Below are positions 19,593 through 28,933 of a DNA stretch of 64,000 bases, in pieces (positions within the stretch are counted from its first letter, which is position 1; every line of letters starts with the position of its first letter). Source of the stretch: an uncultured delta proteobacterium. GTDB lineage: Bacteria > Desulfobacterota > Binatia > UBA9968. The notes under the pieces are model-generated. The model was not told the DNA's origin and did no database searches. It saw nothing but the letters and a program-made list of their open reading frames with translations. Location of the stretch: the NCBI GenBank assembly GCA_963727625.1, contig CAVSHR010000009.1, positions 416,001 through 480,000 of the forward strand, in the 5' to 3' direction. The position numbers and the translations under genes were made by a program.

Positions 19593-21178
19593 GATGCTCC
19601 GCCACCGCCGCTTCCCAATGAAATCCCCTGATCGCCGATGGAGTCAAAGTCGATACCTTTGTACACCGGAACTTCCCGCGCCAGGGCGGAAAAAATTTCT
19701 CCGGGAGTCGAATAGTCATTGGGCTCTCCGGCAAGTTTCAATAACCGCATGAAGATATCGCTGTCCTGTAGAGCGCCATCGGGCGCGATCACCGCCGCGT
19801 TGAGTTTTTGCAGCCGCCCCTGGCGATTGGTGTAGGTGCCGTCCTTCTCGCCGAAATGCGTCGCCGGCAAAACCACATGGGCCAACTTGGCGGTTTCGCT
19901 AAGTTTGGTATCCTGCACGACCAGGAAAGAAAGTTTTTCCAGCGCCGCGCGAACTTTTCCCGGCTCGGCCGCGGTCGCGAGCAAATCTTCGCCGACCACG
20001 TAGGCCGCGGAAAAATTTCCACCGATGAGCTTTTCCATCAGCGCGGCAAAACCGCCGTCGGAACCGACGCCCATGTCGCGCGCGCCGCGGAAGTTGGGCG
20101 AGCGATCCGGACTCATGAGAATTTTTTGCACCTCGGTCAGCTGGCGCTCCTGATAATATACCTGCAAAGCACCATCGGCCGAAAACTTTCTGCCAAGCCA
20201 AGCGAACAGATAGGCTTCTTCGTTGGTGTTTCTACCGGAGAGAATCCCGGCCACGGGCTTGGTCGAAGTCAGGCCGGTCAACGCCGCTTGCAGCGCTTGC
20301 TCCCAACTCGCCGGCACCAAGCCGCCCTCGTGGCGGATCATCGGCGTGGTCAAGCGCTCGCCGCCGGCGAGATCGTGAAAGCAGTAGCGCCCCTCATCGC
20401 AGATCCAGTGGCTGTTGACCGCTTCATTGATGCGCGGCTTAAAGCGCGCGATGCGGTTCTGGTAGCTTTCAACGCTGATATTGCAGCCGGTGCTGCAGCC
20501 GGGGCAGATCGACGGGGTTTTCTGCAAATACCAGACCCGCACTTTAAAACGGAAGTCGCGGTCGGTGAGCGCGCCCACCGGGCAGATGTCGACGACATTG
20601 GCCGATAGCGGATTATCGAGGACGGCGTCGGAGAATAAGGAGATCGTCGAGTGATCGCCTCGATTGATCACCGCCAGCTCGTCGGTCTTGGTGATCTCCT
20701 GGCAAAAGCGCACGCAGCGCGTGCATTTGATGCAGCGCTCGCCGTCAAAGACGACGTTGGGACCAAAAATTGTTTTCTTCCGATCATGCACCTTGCCGAC
20801 TTCAAAGCGGCTCTCCTGGCGGTCATGCTGCATGTAATAATCTTGCAGAAAGCACTCGCCGGCCTGATCGCAAATAGGGCAGTCCACCGGGTGATTGATC
20901 AGGAGAAATTCCAGCACCGCTTTGCGCACCGCCAGGACTTTCGGGCTTTGCGTGAGGATGCCCATGCCTTCGGCCACCTGGGTGTTGCAGGCGATCTGCA
21001 GCTTGGGCATTTTTTCGATCTCGACCATGCACATGCGGCAATTGCCGGCGATGGAGAGCTTGGGATGGTAGCAGTAGTGCGGAATCTGCACCCCCACCTC
21101 GGCCGCCGCCTGGATGACGTTTTTACCCTTGGTGGTGACGACTTCCTTGCCGTCGATGATGATTTTTACCGGGTCCAT
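19589..21178 (-). CDS. nuoG: NADH-quinone oxidoreductase subunit G (short, 529 aa)
   Basis: GNCRMC, HPVDCPICDQAGEC, RCIKCTRC and CPGCSTGC...WICDEGR cluster motifs. Confidence 0.93.
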   Translation of the reverse strand: MDPVKIIIDGKEVVTTKGKNVIQAAAEVGVQIPHYCYHPKLSIAGNCRMCMVEIEKMPKLQIACNTQVAEGMGILTQSPKVLAVRKAVLEFLLINHPVDCPICDQAGECFLQDYYMQHDRQESRFEVGKVHDRKKTIFGPNVVFDGERCIKCTRCVRFCQEITKTDELAVINRGDHSTISLFSDAVLDNPLSANVVDICPVGALTDRDFRFKVRVWYLQKTPSICPGCSTGCNISVESYQNRIARFKPRINEAVNSHWICDEGRYCFHDLAGGERLTTPMIRHEGGLVPASWEQALQAALTGLTSTKPVAGILSGRNTNEEAYLFAWLGRKFSADGALQVYYQERQLTEVQKILMSPDRSPNFRGARDMGVGSDGGFAALMEKLIGGNFSAAYVVGEDLLATAAEPGKVRAALEKLSFLVVQDTKLSETAKLAHVVLPATHFGEKDGTYTNRQGRLQKLNAAVIAPDGALQDSDIFMRLLKLAGEPNDYSTPGEIFSALAREVPVYKGIDFDSIGDQGISLGSGGGGAS

Positions 21179-21261
21179 GTTTCAAAGAGACGATAATCTA
21201 GGACGGATGATGGACGATCGTTTCCTTGCCAGCCTCAATCCTCTATTCTCCATCCTTGTTT

Positions 21262-22530
21262 TCAATGGGCCACCGTGCACCGCTTCTCTGCGATGTGCGC
21301 TTCGAATTCGCCGCGAAACTTGCGGATGAATGCGCCCGGCGGCCAGGCGGCGGCATCACCGAAGGGGCAGATCGTGTTGCCCGCGATGTTACCGGCGACG
21401 TTGAGAATCAGGTCTAAATCACCTGGTTCGCTCTGCCCGTATTCGATCCGGTGCAGAAGCTTCTCCATCCAGTGGCAGCCTTCGCGGCATGGGCTGCATT
21501 GGCCGCAGGACTCGTGCGCGAAAAATCGCGAAAGGTTCAACGCGGCTCGCACCATGCAGGTCGTTTCGTCCATGACGATGACGCCCCCCGAGCCGAGCAG
21601 GCTGCCCGCTGCCTGAACCGATTCGTAGTCGAGGTTCACTTTGTCAATTTCGTCGGGAAGCAGCACGGGCATCGAACCGCCGCCGGGAATGACCCCTTTG
21701 AGTTTTTTGCCGTTAGGCACGCCGCCGCAATCTTCTTCGAGAAATTTTTTTAAGGGATAACCCATTTCGAGTTCGTACACGCCGGGCCGGGCGATATGGC
21801 CGCTGACGCTGAAAAGCTTGGTCCCCTTGCTTTTTTCCGTGCCCAGCGCCGCATAGGCCGCCGCGCCCCGTTCGAGGATCCAGGGCAGCGTCGCGAGCGT
21901 CTCGACGTTGTTCACCACGGTCGGACAACCGAATAGTCCGTGGGTAGCGGGAAACGGCGGCTTGACCTTGGGCCATCCGCGGCCGCCTTCGAGCGAGGAA
22001 AGCAGACCGGTCTCTTCGCCGCAGATATACGCGCCGGCGCCACGGTGGACGATGAGATCGATGTCATAGCCCGAGCCGAAAAGATTCTTGCCGATATAGC
22101 CGGCCTCCACGGCTTCGGCGACGGCCTGCTCCAAACGCCTGGCGCCAAAGACCATTTCGCCGCGGATGTAAATGAACGCCGTGTGCGACTGAATCGCATA
22201 AGCGGCGATCAGCGTGCCCTCGATGATCGCGTGCGGATCCTGCTCGATCAGCAAACGGTCTTTAAAAGTTCCCGGCTCGCTTTCATCGGCATTGCAGACG
22301 ACGTATTTGGGCTTGGGGTTGTCCTTGGGCACGAAGCTCCACTTCATGCCGGTGGGAAAGCCGGCGCCGCCCCGGCCGCGCAGCCCGGAGGCTTTCACTT
22401 CATCGATCAACTGCTCCGGCTTCACGCTCTCGACGACTTTCTGCCAGGCGCGATAGCCGCCGCGCGATTGGTAAGTCGCCAGCCTATGCGAGTCGGCAAC
22501 GCCGATATTACGGAGCAGAAGCTTTTCCAT
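21262..22530 (-). CDS. nuoF: NADH-quinone oxidoreductase subunit F
   Basis: GRGGAGFPTG, NADESEPG, GAGAYICGEET, ESCGQCSPCREG. Confidence 0.97.
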   Translation of the reverse strand: MEKLLLRNIGVADSHRLATYQSRGGYRAWQKVVESVKPEQLIDEVKASGLRGRGGAGFPTGMKWSFVPKDNPKPKYVVCNADESEPGTFKDRLLIEQDPHAIIEGTLIAAYAIQSHTAFIYIRGEMVFGARRLEQAVAEAVEAGYIGKNLFGSGYDIDLIVHRGAGAYICGEETGLLSSLEGGRGWPKVKPPFPATHGLFGCPTVVNNVETLATLPWILERGAAAYAALGTEKSKGTKLFSVSGHIARPGVYELEMGYPLKKFLEEDCGGVPNGKKLKGVIPGGGSMPVLLPDEIDKVNLDYESVQAAGSLLGSGGVIVMDETTCMVRAALNLSRFFAHESCGQCSPCREGCHWMEKLLHRIEYGQSEPGDLDLILNVAGNIAGNTICPFGDAAAWPPGAFIRKFRGEFEAHIAEKRCTVAH

Positions 22531-22544
22531 GAAACCTTAAAAGC

Positions 22545-22612
22545 ACAATGGAGAATTGAAAATTGACAATGGAGAATGCGTTATCCATTTTCCAGTATCG
22601 ATTATCCATTGT
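22545..22612. repeat. Heptamer-like inverted repeat unit between nuoE and nuoF
   Basis: caatggagaattgaaaattgacaatggagaat versus ttatccattt...ttatccattg; same arms recur at 54712-54836. Confidence 0.7.
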
Positions 22613-22614
22613 TT

Positions 22615-23088
22615 TCACTTCATCGCATCGATAATCTCGTCAATTCTCTCTTCCGTCAAATTTTCAAAATAATCGTCATTCACTTGCATCATCGGTGCCG
22701 TGCCGCAGGAAGCCAGGCACTCCACTTCGCTCAGCGTAAAGCGACCGTCCGGGGTCGTCTCGCCGGGCTCGATGCCGAGCTTTTGCTTGAGCAGTCCGGT
22801 GACTTTCTCCGCGCCGCGCAGCGCGCAGGGCAGCGTGCGGCAAACCTGAATATGATGCCGGCCGATGGGCTTCATGTTCAACATGGTGTAAAAGCTCACC
22901 ACGCCGTGCACCCGCGCCGGCGGCTGGCCCATCAGCTTGGCGATATATTCGATCGCTTCGAGCCCGAGATGGCCGAACTCCTGCTGCGCCAGATAGAGCA
23001 CCGGCAACATCGCCGCTTCCTTTTTCGGATAGCGCGCCACCGTCTCCTCGAATTTCTTCAGCGTCTCGGGTGAAAATTCCAATGCCAT
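22615..23088 (-). CDS. nuoE: NADH-quinone oxidoreductase subunit E
   Basis: SFYTM, CRTLPC and ECLASCGTAP 2Fe-2S motifs. Confidence 0.96.
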   Translation of the reverse strand: MALEFSPETLKKFEETVARYPKKEAAMLPVLYLAQQEFGHLGLEAIEYIAKLMGQPPARVHGVVSFYTMLNMKPIGRHHIQVCRTLPCALRGAEKVTGLLKQKLGIEPGETTPDGRFTLSEVECLASCGTAPMMQVNDDYFENLTEERIDEIIDAMK

Positions 23089-23095
23089 TCCCTTT

Positions 23096-23163
23096 AGGAC
23101 TGAGAACTGAGCGCCGAGGACTGAGTTTTGGGTTTTAACTCAGCACTCAGTCCTCGGCACTCG
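23096..23163. repeat. Heptamer-like inverted repeat unit between nuoD and nuoE
   Basis: Perfect 14-bp stem gccgaggactgagt (23113-23126) / actcagtcctcggc (23145-23158) plus extra ACTGAG/CTCAG units. Confidence 0.75.
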
Positions 23164-23171
23164 TTACTTTT

Positions 23172-24362
23172 TTAGCGATCGCACTCCCCGCCGATCATGT
23201 TCACCATGCCGAAGGTCGGAATAATATCGGCGATCATGTAGCCCTTGATCATTTCGTGAAACGCGCCCATGGCGATGAAGCAGGGCGGCCGCACGCGCAT
23301 GCGGTAGGGCCTGCCGCCGCCGTCGCTGACGATATAAAAGCCCAGCTCGCCGTTGCCGCCTTCGACGGCGGAATAGGTCTCGCCCGCCGGAACCTTGATG
23401 CCATCCATGATGATTTTGAAATGGTGCATCAGACCTTCGATGCTGCCGTAGACCTTTTCTTTCTCCGGCAATACGAAGCGCGGATCGTCGATCCACACCG
23501 GCCCCACCGGCAACCGTTCCAGAGCCTGTTCGACGATCTTCATGCTCTGCTCGATTTCCCGCAGCCGGCAGACAAAACGATCGTAATTGTCGCCCTTGCT
23601 GCCCACCGGCACTTCGAAATCGAGCTGGTCATAAACAAGATAAGGGAAAGCCTTGCGCACATCGTAGCTCACCCCGGTGGACCTCAAGATCGGGCCGCTC
23701 AAGGAGTAACTCAAAGCAGTTTCCTGGGAAATCACCCCAATGTTGGAGACGCGGTCGAGAAAAATCCGGTTGCGCGATAGCAAACGATCGCAGTCGTCGA
23801 GCAGCCGGCGAATCGTCTTGAAAGCCTGTGTGACCCGCTCGGTGAAATCCTGCGGCAAATCATGCTTGACGCCGCCGATGCGCACGTAAGTCACGGTCAG
23901 CCGGGCGCCGGTCAGCCCCTCGACGATGCGAATAATAAGCTCGCGCGCCTCGATCATGTAGAAGCCGGCGGTAATCGCACCCAGCTCCGACGATGCCATG
24001 CCGCAGCAGGTCAGGTGGTCGTAAATCCGCGCCAGCTCGCTGATGATCACCCGGATATATTGGCAGCGCGGCGGCGTTTCCGCGCCGATGAGCTTTTCCA
24101 CCGCCAGCGCGTAGCCGACGTTGTTGATCAGCGACGAAGCATAATTGAGCCGGTCGGTGTAAGGGATGACCTGCGTCCAGGTCGCCTGCTCGCAGCTTTT
24201 GTCGAAGCCGCGATGGAGAAATCCGACCTCGACGTCGCAGGCAAGGACCTTTTCGCCTTCTAGCTTGAGATTGAATTTAATGGTGCCATGGGTCGCCGGA
24301 TGGGACGGTCCCATCTGCAGTTCCATAATTTCCGGTGGCAGTTCTTGGTTCCCGGCTTCCAT
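23172..24362 (-). CDS. nuoD: NADH-quinone oxidoreductase subunit D
   Basis: MGPSHPATHG, GFLHRG, DRLNY, ELARI, GELGFY, GECDR. Confidence 0.97.
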   Translation of the reverse strand: MEAGNQELPPEIMELQMGPSHPATHGTIKFNLKLEGEKVLACDVEVGFLHRGFDKSCEQATWTQVIPYTDRLNYASSLINNVGYALAVEKLIGAETPPRCQYIRVIISELARIYDHLTCCGMASSELGAITAGFYMIEARELIIRIVEGLTGARLTVTYVRIGGVKHDLPQDFTERVTQAFKTIRRLLDDCDRLLSRNRIFLDRVSNIGVISQETALSYSLSGPILRSTGVSYDVRKAFPYLVYDQLDFEVPVGSKGDNYDRFVCRLREIEQSMKIVEQALERLPVGPVWIDDPRFVLPEKEKVYGSIEGLMHHFKIIMDGIKVPAGETYSAVEGGNGELGFYIVSDGGGRPYRMRVRPPCFIAMGAFHEMIKGYMIADIIPTFGMVNMIGGECDR

Positions 24363-24378
24363 AAAATTCGGCCAAACG

Positions 24379-24942
24379 CTAGGTTTTGCTCCCCAGGGTT
24401 TTTTTCAAGCGCAGCAACTTGTTATGCGAGCGTTCGTCGACGAAGGTGCCCTCCACCTGGCGCTCGGGCACGCGCGGCTGGCAGAGGTTCACGGGATAAT
24501 CCTTGCGCAGCGGATGCCCCTGGAACTCGTCGTAGAGCAAAACCCGTCGCAGGTCCGGATGATCGATGAAGCGGATGCCAAAAAGGTCCCAGACCTCGCG
24601 CTCGAGAAAATTGGCGCCGCGCCAAAGCGGCGTCAGCGATTCCACCGCCGGATCGTTCTCGGGCACCGGCACGCGCAAACGCAGGCGGCGGTGCTGGCTG
24701 CGCGAGACGAGCTGATAGACGACTTCGAAGCGCGGCTCTTTTTCCTTCCAGTAATCCACCGCGGTAATATCGGACAGAAAGTCATATTCGAGCTGTTTGT
24801 CCTCTTTGAGCAGACGGAAGCTGTCGCGCAATCCGGTCCGCTCCAGCATCAACACGTCGTCGCCCTGAGCTTGCACGACCTCAAGCAGCCGTGCGCCGAG
24901 TTGTTGCTGGATAGTGACAATATGGGGGCTTGGCTCCGGCAT
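24379..24942 (-). CDS. nuoC: NADH-quinone oxidoreductase subunit C
   Basis: EREVWDLFGIRF, HPDLRR, GHPLRKDYP. Confidence 0.97.
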   Translation of the reverse strand: MPEPSPHIVTIQQQLGARLLEVVQAQGDDVLMLERTGLRDSFRLLKEDKQLEYDFLSDITAVDYWKEKEPRFEVVYQLVSRSQHRRLRLRVPVPENDPAVESLTPLWRGANFLEREVWDLFGIRFIDHPDLRRVLLYDEFQGHPLRKDYPVNLCQPRVPERQVEGTFVDERSHNKLLRLKKTLGSKT

Positions 24943-24948
24943 GTAAAA

Positions 24949-25305
24949 TCAATCCCAGTCCAGCGCGCCTTTTTTCCAAACGTAGACATAGCCGATGGTA
25001 AGAATGACGAGAAAAATTCCCATCTGCACCAAACCGAAGATTCCCAGCTGGCGAAAGTAGATCGCCCAGGGATAGAGAAACACCACTTCCAGGTCGAAAA
25101 TCAGGAACAACATGGCGATCAGATAAAAACGCACCGAAAACGGCATGCGGGCGTCGCCTTTCGGAGGATTACCGGACTCGAACGGCTCGGACTTTGCGGG
25201 GTTGGTCGATTTCGGGCCTAACTTGGTTGCCAGAGTGAGCAACGCGAGGACCACCACCGCTGCCAGTGCGAAGATAACCAGAAGCGGGAAATAGGGATCG
25301 TTCAT
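24949..25305 (-). CDS. nuoA: NADH-quinone oxidoreductase subunit A
   Basis: PFESG, FLIFDLEVVFLYPWA, KKGALDW. Confidence 0.97.
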   Translation of the reverse strand: MNDPYFPLLVIFALAAVVVLALLTLATKLGPKSTNPAKSEPFESGNPPKGDARMPFSVRFYLIAMLFLIFDLEVVFLYPWAIYFRQLGIFGLVQMGIFLVILTIGYVYVWKKGALDWD

Positions 25306-25393
25306 GAATTATCGGCCATTAAAAAAAAACCATACCCCGTCGGCAAGAAAAGGTATGGTATAAATTTCAGTCAAATCAACAGGATTACTAATT

Positions 25394-25422
25394 TTTCTAT
25401 GGGAAATTCGGCAGCTTGTCAA
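25394..25422 (-). promoter_or_regulatory. Candidate sigma70 promoter of the nuo operon
   Basis: TTGACA-N17-TAGAAA on the minus strand about 90 nt upstream of nuoA. Confidence 0.4.
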
Positions 25423-25437
25423 GGTAACGGACTATAT

Positions 25438-25572
25438 GGTGGTGGTTCCGTTATTTAAAGATATCTCACTTCGTTCGAGATAATAGCTTCGTTAATTTGC
25501 TGTCATTCCGAGCGGCAGCGAAGAATCTTTCTCCCTGAAAAAAGTAGTGTGAAGTCAACCTGAACCATTACC
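25438..25572. mobile_element. MITE-like element with an internal REP-like palindrome
   Basis: Imperfect terminal inverted repeats ggtggtggttccgtt / aacctgaaccattacc; internal arms agatatctcacttcgttcgagataa and tgtcattccgagcggcagcgaagaatct. Confidence 0.5.
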
Positions 25573-25693
25573 GACCGCACATGCATGCGCCGGATGGAGT
25601 AAATTCCGCGTTGACGATGGAGTCCGGCCGGTGCTAAGCGTCAGCCATTCGCTCAGCCGACTCGCGCTGGCGAAGTTTTTAAACGGAGGCTAT

Positions 25694-27055
25694 ATGACAT
25701 ACCAATCTGAAAGCGGCGACTTCACGATCGCTCTCGCCGGCGACACCATGCTCACCCGAAAACTTACGCCCTTCAAAGAAAAACGCTTTCTCGCCCTGCG
25801 CGATACTCTGCGCGGCGCCGACGCGGTCTTCGCCAACCTCGAAGGCACGGTGCACACCTGGGACGAAGGCACCCCCGGCATCACCCAGGGAACCTTCATG
25901 ACCACCGTGCCTGAGTTGGTCGAAGATTTAAAATGGCTCGGCGTCAACCTGGTCTCCTGCGCCAACAACCATGCCTACGACTACGGCGAAGGCGGCGTGC
26001 TCGCCAATCTCAATCATCTCGACGCCGCCGGCCTCGCACACGCGGGTACGGGCAGAAATCTCGCCGAGGCGCGCGCGCCAGGTTATTTCGACACACCGAA
26101 CGGGCGGGTGGCGCTGATTGCGATGACCGCGACGTTTCGACCCTGGAATCAAGCCGGCGAGCAGCGGCCGGATTTGCGCGGGCGGCCGGGCATCAATCCA
26201 CTTGGATTCACGACCACCTATAATGTCGATGCCGCCGCCTTCGAGCAGCTGCAGCGACTGAGCCGCGAGCTCGGCCTGGAAAAAAATCAAGAACGGGCGC
26301 GCAAGCATTTTTACAGCGACAAGGAAATCCCTGACGCGAAAGCGGCCGAGTTAAGCCTGCTCGGCCATCGCTATCGGCCGGGCGAAGGATTCTCGATCAC
26401 GACCAAGGCTAACGATCGCGATCTGCAGGATAATCTCCGCTGGCTGCGCGAAGCGCGCCGCCAGGCCGACTGGGTCGTGGTCAGCGCTCACTGCCACGAA
26501 TTCGGCGGCGCGAGTTTGTTGACCGCAAGCACCCGCGCCGAACTGGAAGAGAGCGCCGACTTCGTCAGCAAATTCGCCCACCAGGCGATCGACGCCGGCG
26601 CCGATGTGTTCGTCGGCCACGGCTCGCATTTTCCCATGGGGATCGAGATCTACAAGGGCAAGCCGATCTTCTACAGCGTCGGCAACTTCATTTTTCAAAA
26701 CGAGACCGTCGGCTTTTTCCCCGCCGACGCCTACGAGCGCTTCGATCTCGACCTAAAAGCTACGCCGTCGGATTTCCTCGACGCCAGAACCGCCGGCGGC
26801 AAGAAAGGCCACCCGAGCGATCCGGCCTATTGGGAAAACATGTTTGCCGTCTGCGAGTTCGCTGGCGGCAAGCTCAAAGAGATGAAAATTCATCCCATTG
26901 ACCAAGGCTTCGGCCGCCCCCGCCCCCAACGCGGCCGCCCCGTGCTCGCCGAAGGCGAAGTGGCCGAGCGCGTTATCAATCGAGTAACAAGGTTATCGCA
27001 AAGATACGGAACAAAGATTGCCCGCCGCGGCGACATGGGCGTGATTGAGCTCTAG
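25694..27055 (+). CDS. CapA (PGA_cap) family metallophosphoesterase
   Basis: AGD, NLEG, ANNHAYDYG, HCHE, GHGSH and YSVGNF motifs; start placed after GGAGG RBS. Confidence 0.9.
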   Translation: MTYQSESGDFTIALAGDTMLTRKLTPFKEKRFLALRDTLRGADAVFANLEGTVHTWDEGTPGITQGTFMTTVPELVEDLKWLGVNLVSCANNHAYDYGEGGVLANLNHLDAAGLAHAGTGRNLAEARAPGYFDTPNGRVALIAMTATFRPWNQAGEQRPDLRGRPGINPLGFTTTYNVDAAAFEQLQRLSRELGLEKNQERARKHFYSDKEIPDAKAAELSLLGHRYRPGEGFSITTKANDRDLQDNLRWLREARRQADWVVVSAHCHEFGGASLLTASTRAELEESADFVSKFAHQAIDAGADVFVGHGSHFPMGIEIYKGKPIFYSVGNFIFQNETVGFFPADAYERFDLDLKATPSDFLDARTAGGKKGHPSDPAYWENMFAVCEFAGGKLKEMKIHPIDQGFGRPRPQRGRPVLAEGEVAERVINRVTRLSQRYGTKIARRGDMGVIEL

Positions 27056-27329
27056 AGTTAGCTCGGTCGGATTTAGCGACCGCAGCGTTTCCCAAGGCCT
27101 CTCCCCCCCGGCGCCAGGTGTATCCATCGATCGAGAGAGCGCAATTTAAAGCGCCGGAGAGGGTGGACTGCGATTCGCGAGGCCTTATTTGCTTTTTGAT
27201 CCAGGGCTGAACCCCAGATCGTTCCTACATTGCTGACATATCTGGGCATAATCTCAATGCGTTCGATGCGGCACTACGCAACTTAACTGGTATTTGAGTA
27301 TACAACGGTTTTCTGCGGCAAGAAGCAAC

Positions 27330-27354
27330 TGGTCGGGGCGAGTGGGTTTGAACC
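27330..27354 (-). mobile_element. tRNA-Pro 3'-end fragment (putative att core)
   Basis: Minus strand GGTTCAAACCCACTCGCCCCGACCA = T-loop, acceptor 3' strand and CCA; no anticodon or D arm adjoins. Confidence 0.75.
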
Positions 27355-27513
27355 AACACTATGCCAGCGACAGTATCTGAAACATCTGATGTTTAAAGCG
27401 ATTTCGTATGCTTAGGGCAAGTCCACGCGAGATCTTGCCAATGTCTCAACCATTGAGTCCTGCAAAAACCGCAAGGGCTTTGGCTAGCGCCCCCGCGAAA
27501 GGTAATTGCCTGG

Positions 27514-28245
27514 TTGCAAAACATTGTTGACCCTAGCGACCGCTCCCTGCTAATTACGATGGCTATGGATCGTAAAAAACGAATCATCGCCGTCGGAGCC
27601 GCAGGCCCCGGCTTCGACGAAGCCCCGGATCCTCCGGCACCCGCGATTCGGACAGAACCCGCAACACAGGAGGCCGGCCCCGGCTGGACGGTGGTTTGTG
27701 AGGTCGGCGACGATGCTGTCGTGAAAGTATCCCAACGCGACCATATGCTGGCACGCATCGACGCCGCCAAGCGCGAGATTCTGACTGCCGACAGCATGGT
27801 CAAGCTGATGGCTTTTCGGAACAAGGCCGACGCGATTCGGCAGCTGGTTAGAGCCTCGCGAGACATGCAGCTCATCAACTTAGCCAACGAGCTCAAATTC
27901 AGATGTGAAACCCAGCTCGGAGAGATGCTGCGTGAGACGCGGCTAAGCAAGGGCGGCAGACCATCGAAAACCATTCCTGACATGAGGAATGGTTTTACTC
28001 TTCGCGAGCTCGGCATCGACAAGAACCTCTCATCATGGTGTCAGCGTCTCGCCGGCGCGCCAAAGGATAAATTCGAGCGGGTTATGACAGAGGCGCGAAC
28101 CGGCGAATGGGAGCTGACACGCCACAGCGTAAAAAAGTTTCTGCTGGGATGCCCGCCGGCGGGCCTTAAGAACTACGAGGAAGGCGTGGAACCGCAATAT
28201 CGCTGCCCTTCCTGCGGCTTTGCTTGGCGAGGGAAGCCTAAGTGA
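27514..28245 (+). CDS. Phage-like protein with C-terminal zinc ribbon
   Basis: RNKADAIR...ETQLGEML...KGGRP...TLRELGIDKNLSS resembles N-terminal domains of phage DNA methylase-associated proteins; CPSC at the C-terminus; start uncertain. Confidence 0.6.
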   Translation: MQNIVDPSDRSLLITMAMDRKKRIIAVGAAGPGFDEAPDPPAPAIRTEPATQEAGPGWTVVCEVGDDAVVKVSQRDHMLARIDAAKREILTADSMVKLMAFRNKADAIRQLVRASRDMQLINLANELKFRCETQLGEMLRETRLSKGGRPSKTIPDMRNGFTLRELGIDKNLSSWCQRLAGAPKDKFERVMTEARTGEWELTRHSVKKFLLGCPPAGLKNYEEGVEPQYRCPSCGFAWRGKPK

Positions 28246-28508
28246 ACGGGCTGATGTAAAGCCAGTAAACTAAGATTTCACCGCTATGTTCTTTATTTAG
28301 TCGAGGGGCGACGCTCATTGCGTTTATGGAGGGCGCGGAACTGTCGTGCAAAGAACTATGACGGTGATTCTACGCCTTAGCCCAGCCGGTGATGTCCAGC
28401 ACGGGATAAATCCCAATTGCAGAGATTGTTATGTCGGCAGACCCGGCTATCTCTTATAAATGATGGCAACTTCAGAGAAACTAGGAATGTCCCTTTTTCA
28501 TCCCCCGC

Positions 28509-28763
28509 CTAGGACTTCACAATTCTTAGCTTTGCGCGTTTTCGGTGCGCGAGACGTGCTCTGGCCTTGTCGGCGATCGCGTCTGCGGCCGCTTCGGCGT
28601 CCTTGATCGTTCGTTCGATTCTATCGGGAGCGATACCCCGGCAAATCAGGCTATCGATAACAGTTTTCTGCCGCAGCGACTTGAGCGCTTTCCTTATTAG
28701 TCTTGCCTCCGCCAACATCTCTTTTGGAATATTCGTCATTACGATCAGTTTATCGGTTTCCAT
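28509..28763 (-). CDS. Hypothetical basic helical protein
   Basis: ORF fills the gap with plausible composition; no recognised motif. Confidence 0.45.
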   Translation of the reverse strand: METDKLIVMTNIPKEMLAEARLIRKALKSLRQKTVIDSLICRGIAPDRIERTIKDAEAAADAIADKARARLAHRKRAKLRIVKS

Positions 28764-28933
28764 CTACGGTGCAAATCTGACCGGCGTCCTCGGCTCCAGT
28801 CGCGCAAATACAAAAAACTCTGTTCGTGAACGGGGCGAGCGGATTTGTTTGACTGTTGGCGACGGTCTCGGATAGTTTCCATGCTGTACCGCCCGAGCGG
28901 TGGAAAACAGAAGAAAATTGGAGGGAAAAGAAA

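Noticed and set aside
8217-25221. Many long antisense or alternate-frame ORFs (for example 8217-9137, 13133-13972, 24166-25221), including possible hidden nuoB or nuoI
   Set aside because: They are shadows of GC-rich coding strands; none carries the NuoB CC or NuoI ferredoxin motifs
27330-27410. Intact tRNA-Pro gene
   Set aside because: Only the 3' 25 nt match; the adjoining sequence gives no anticodon or D arm
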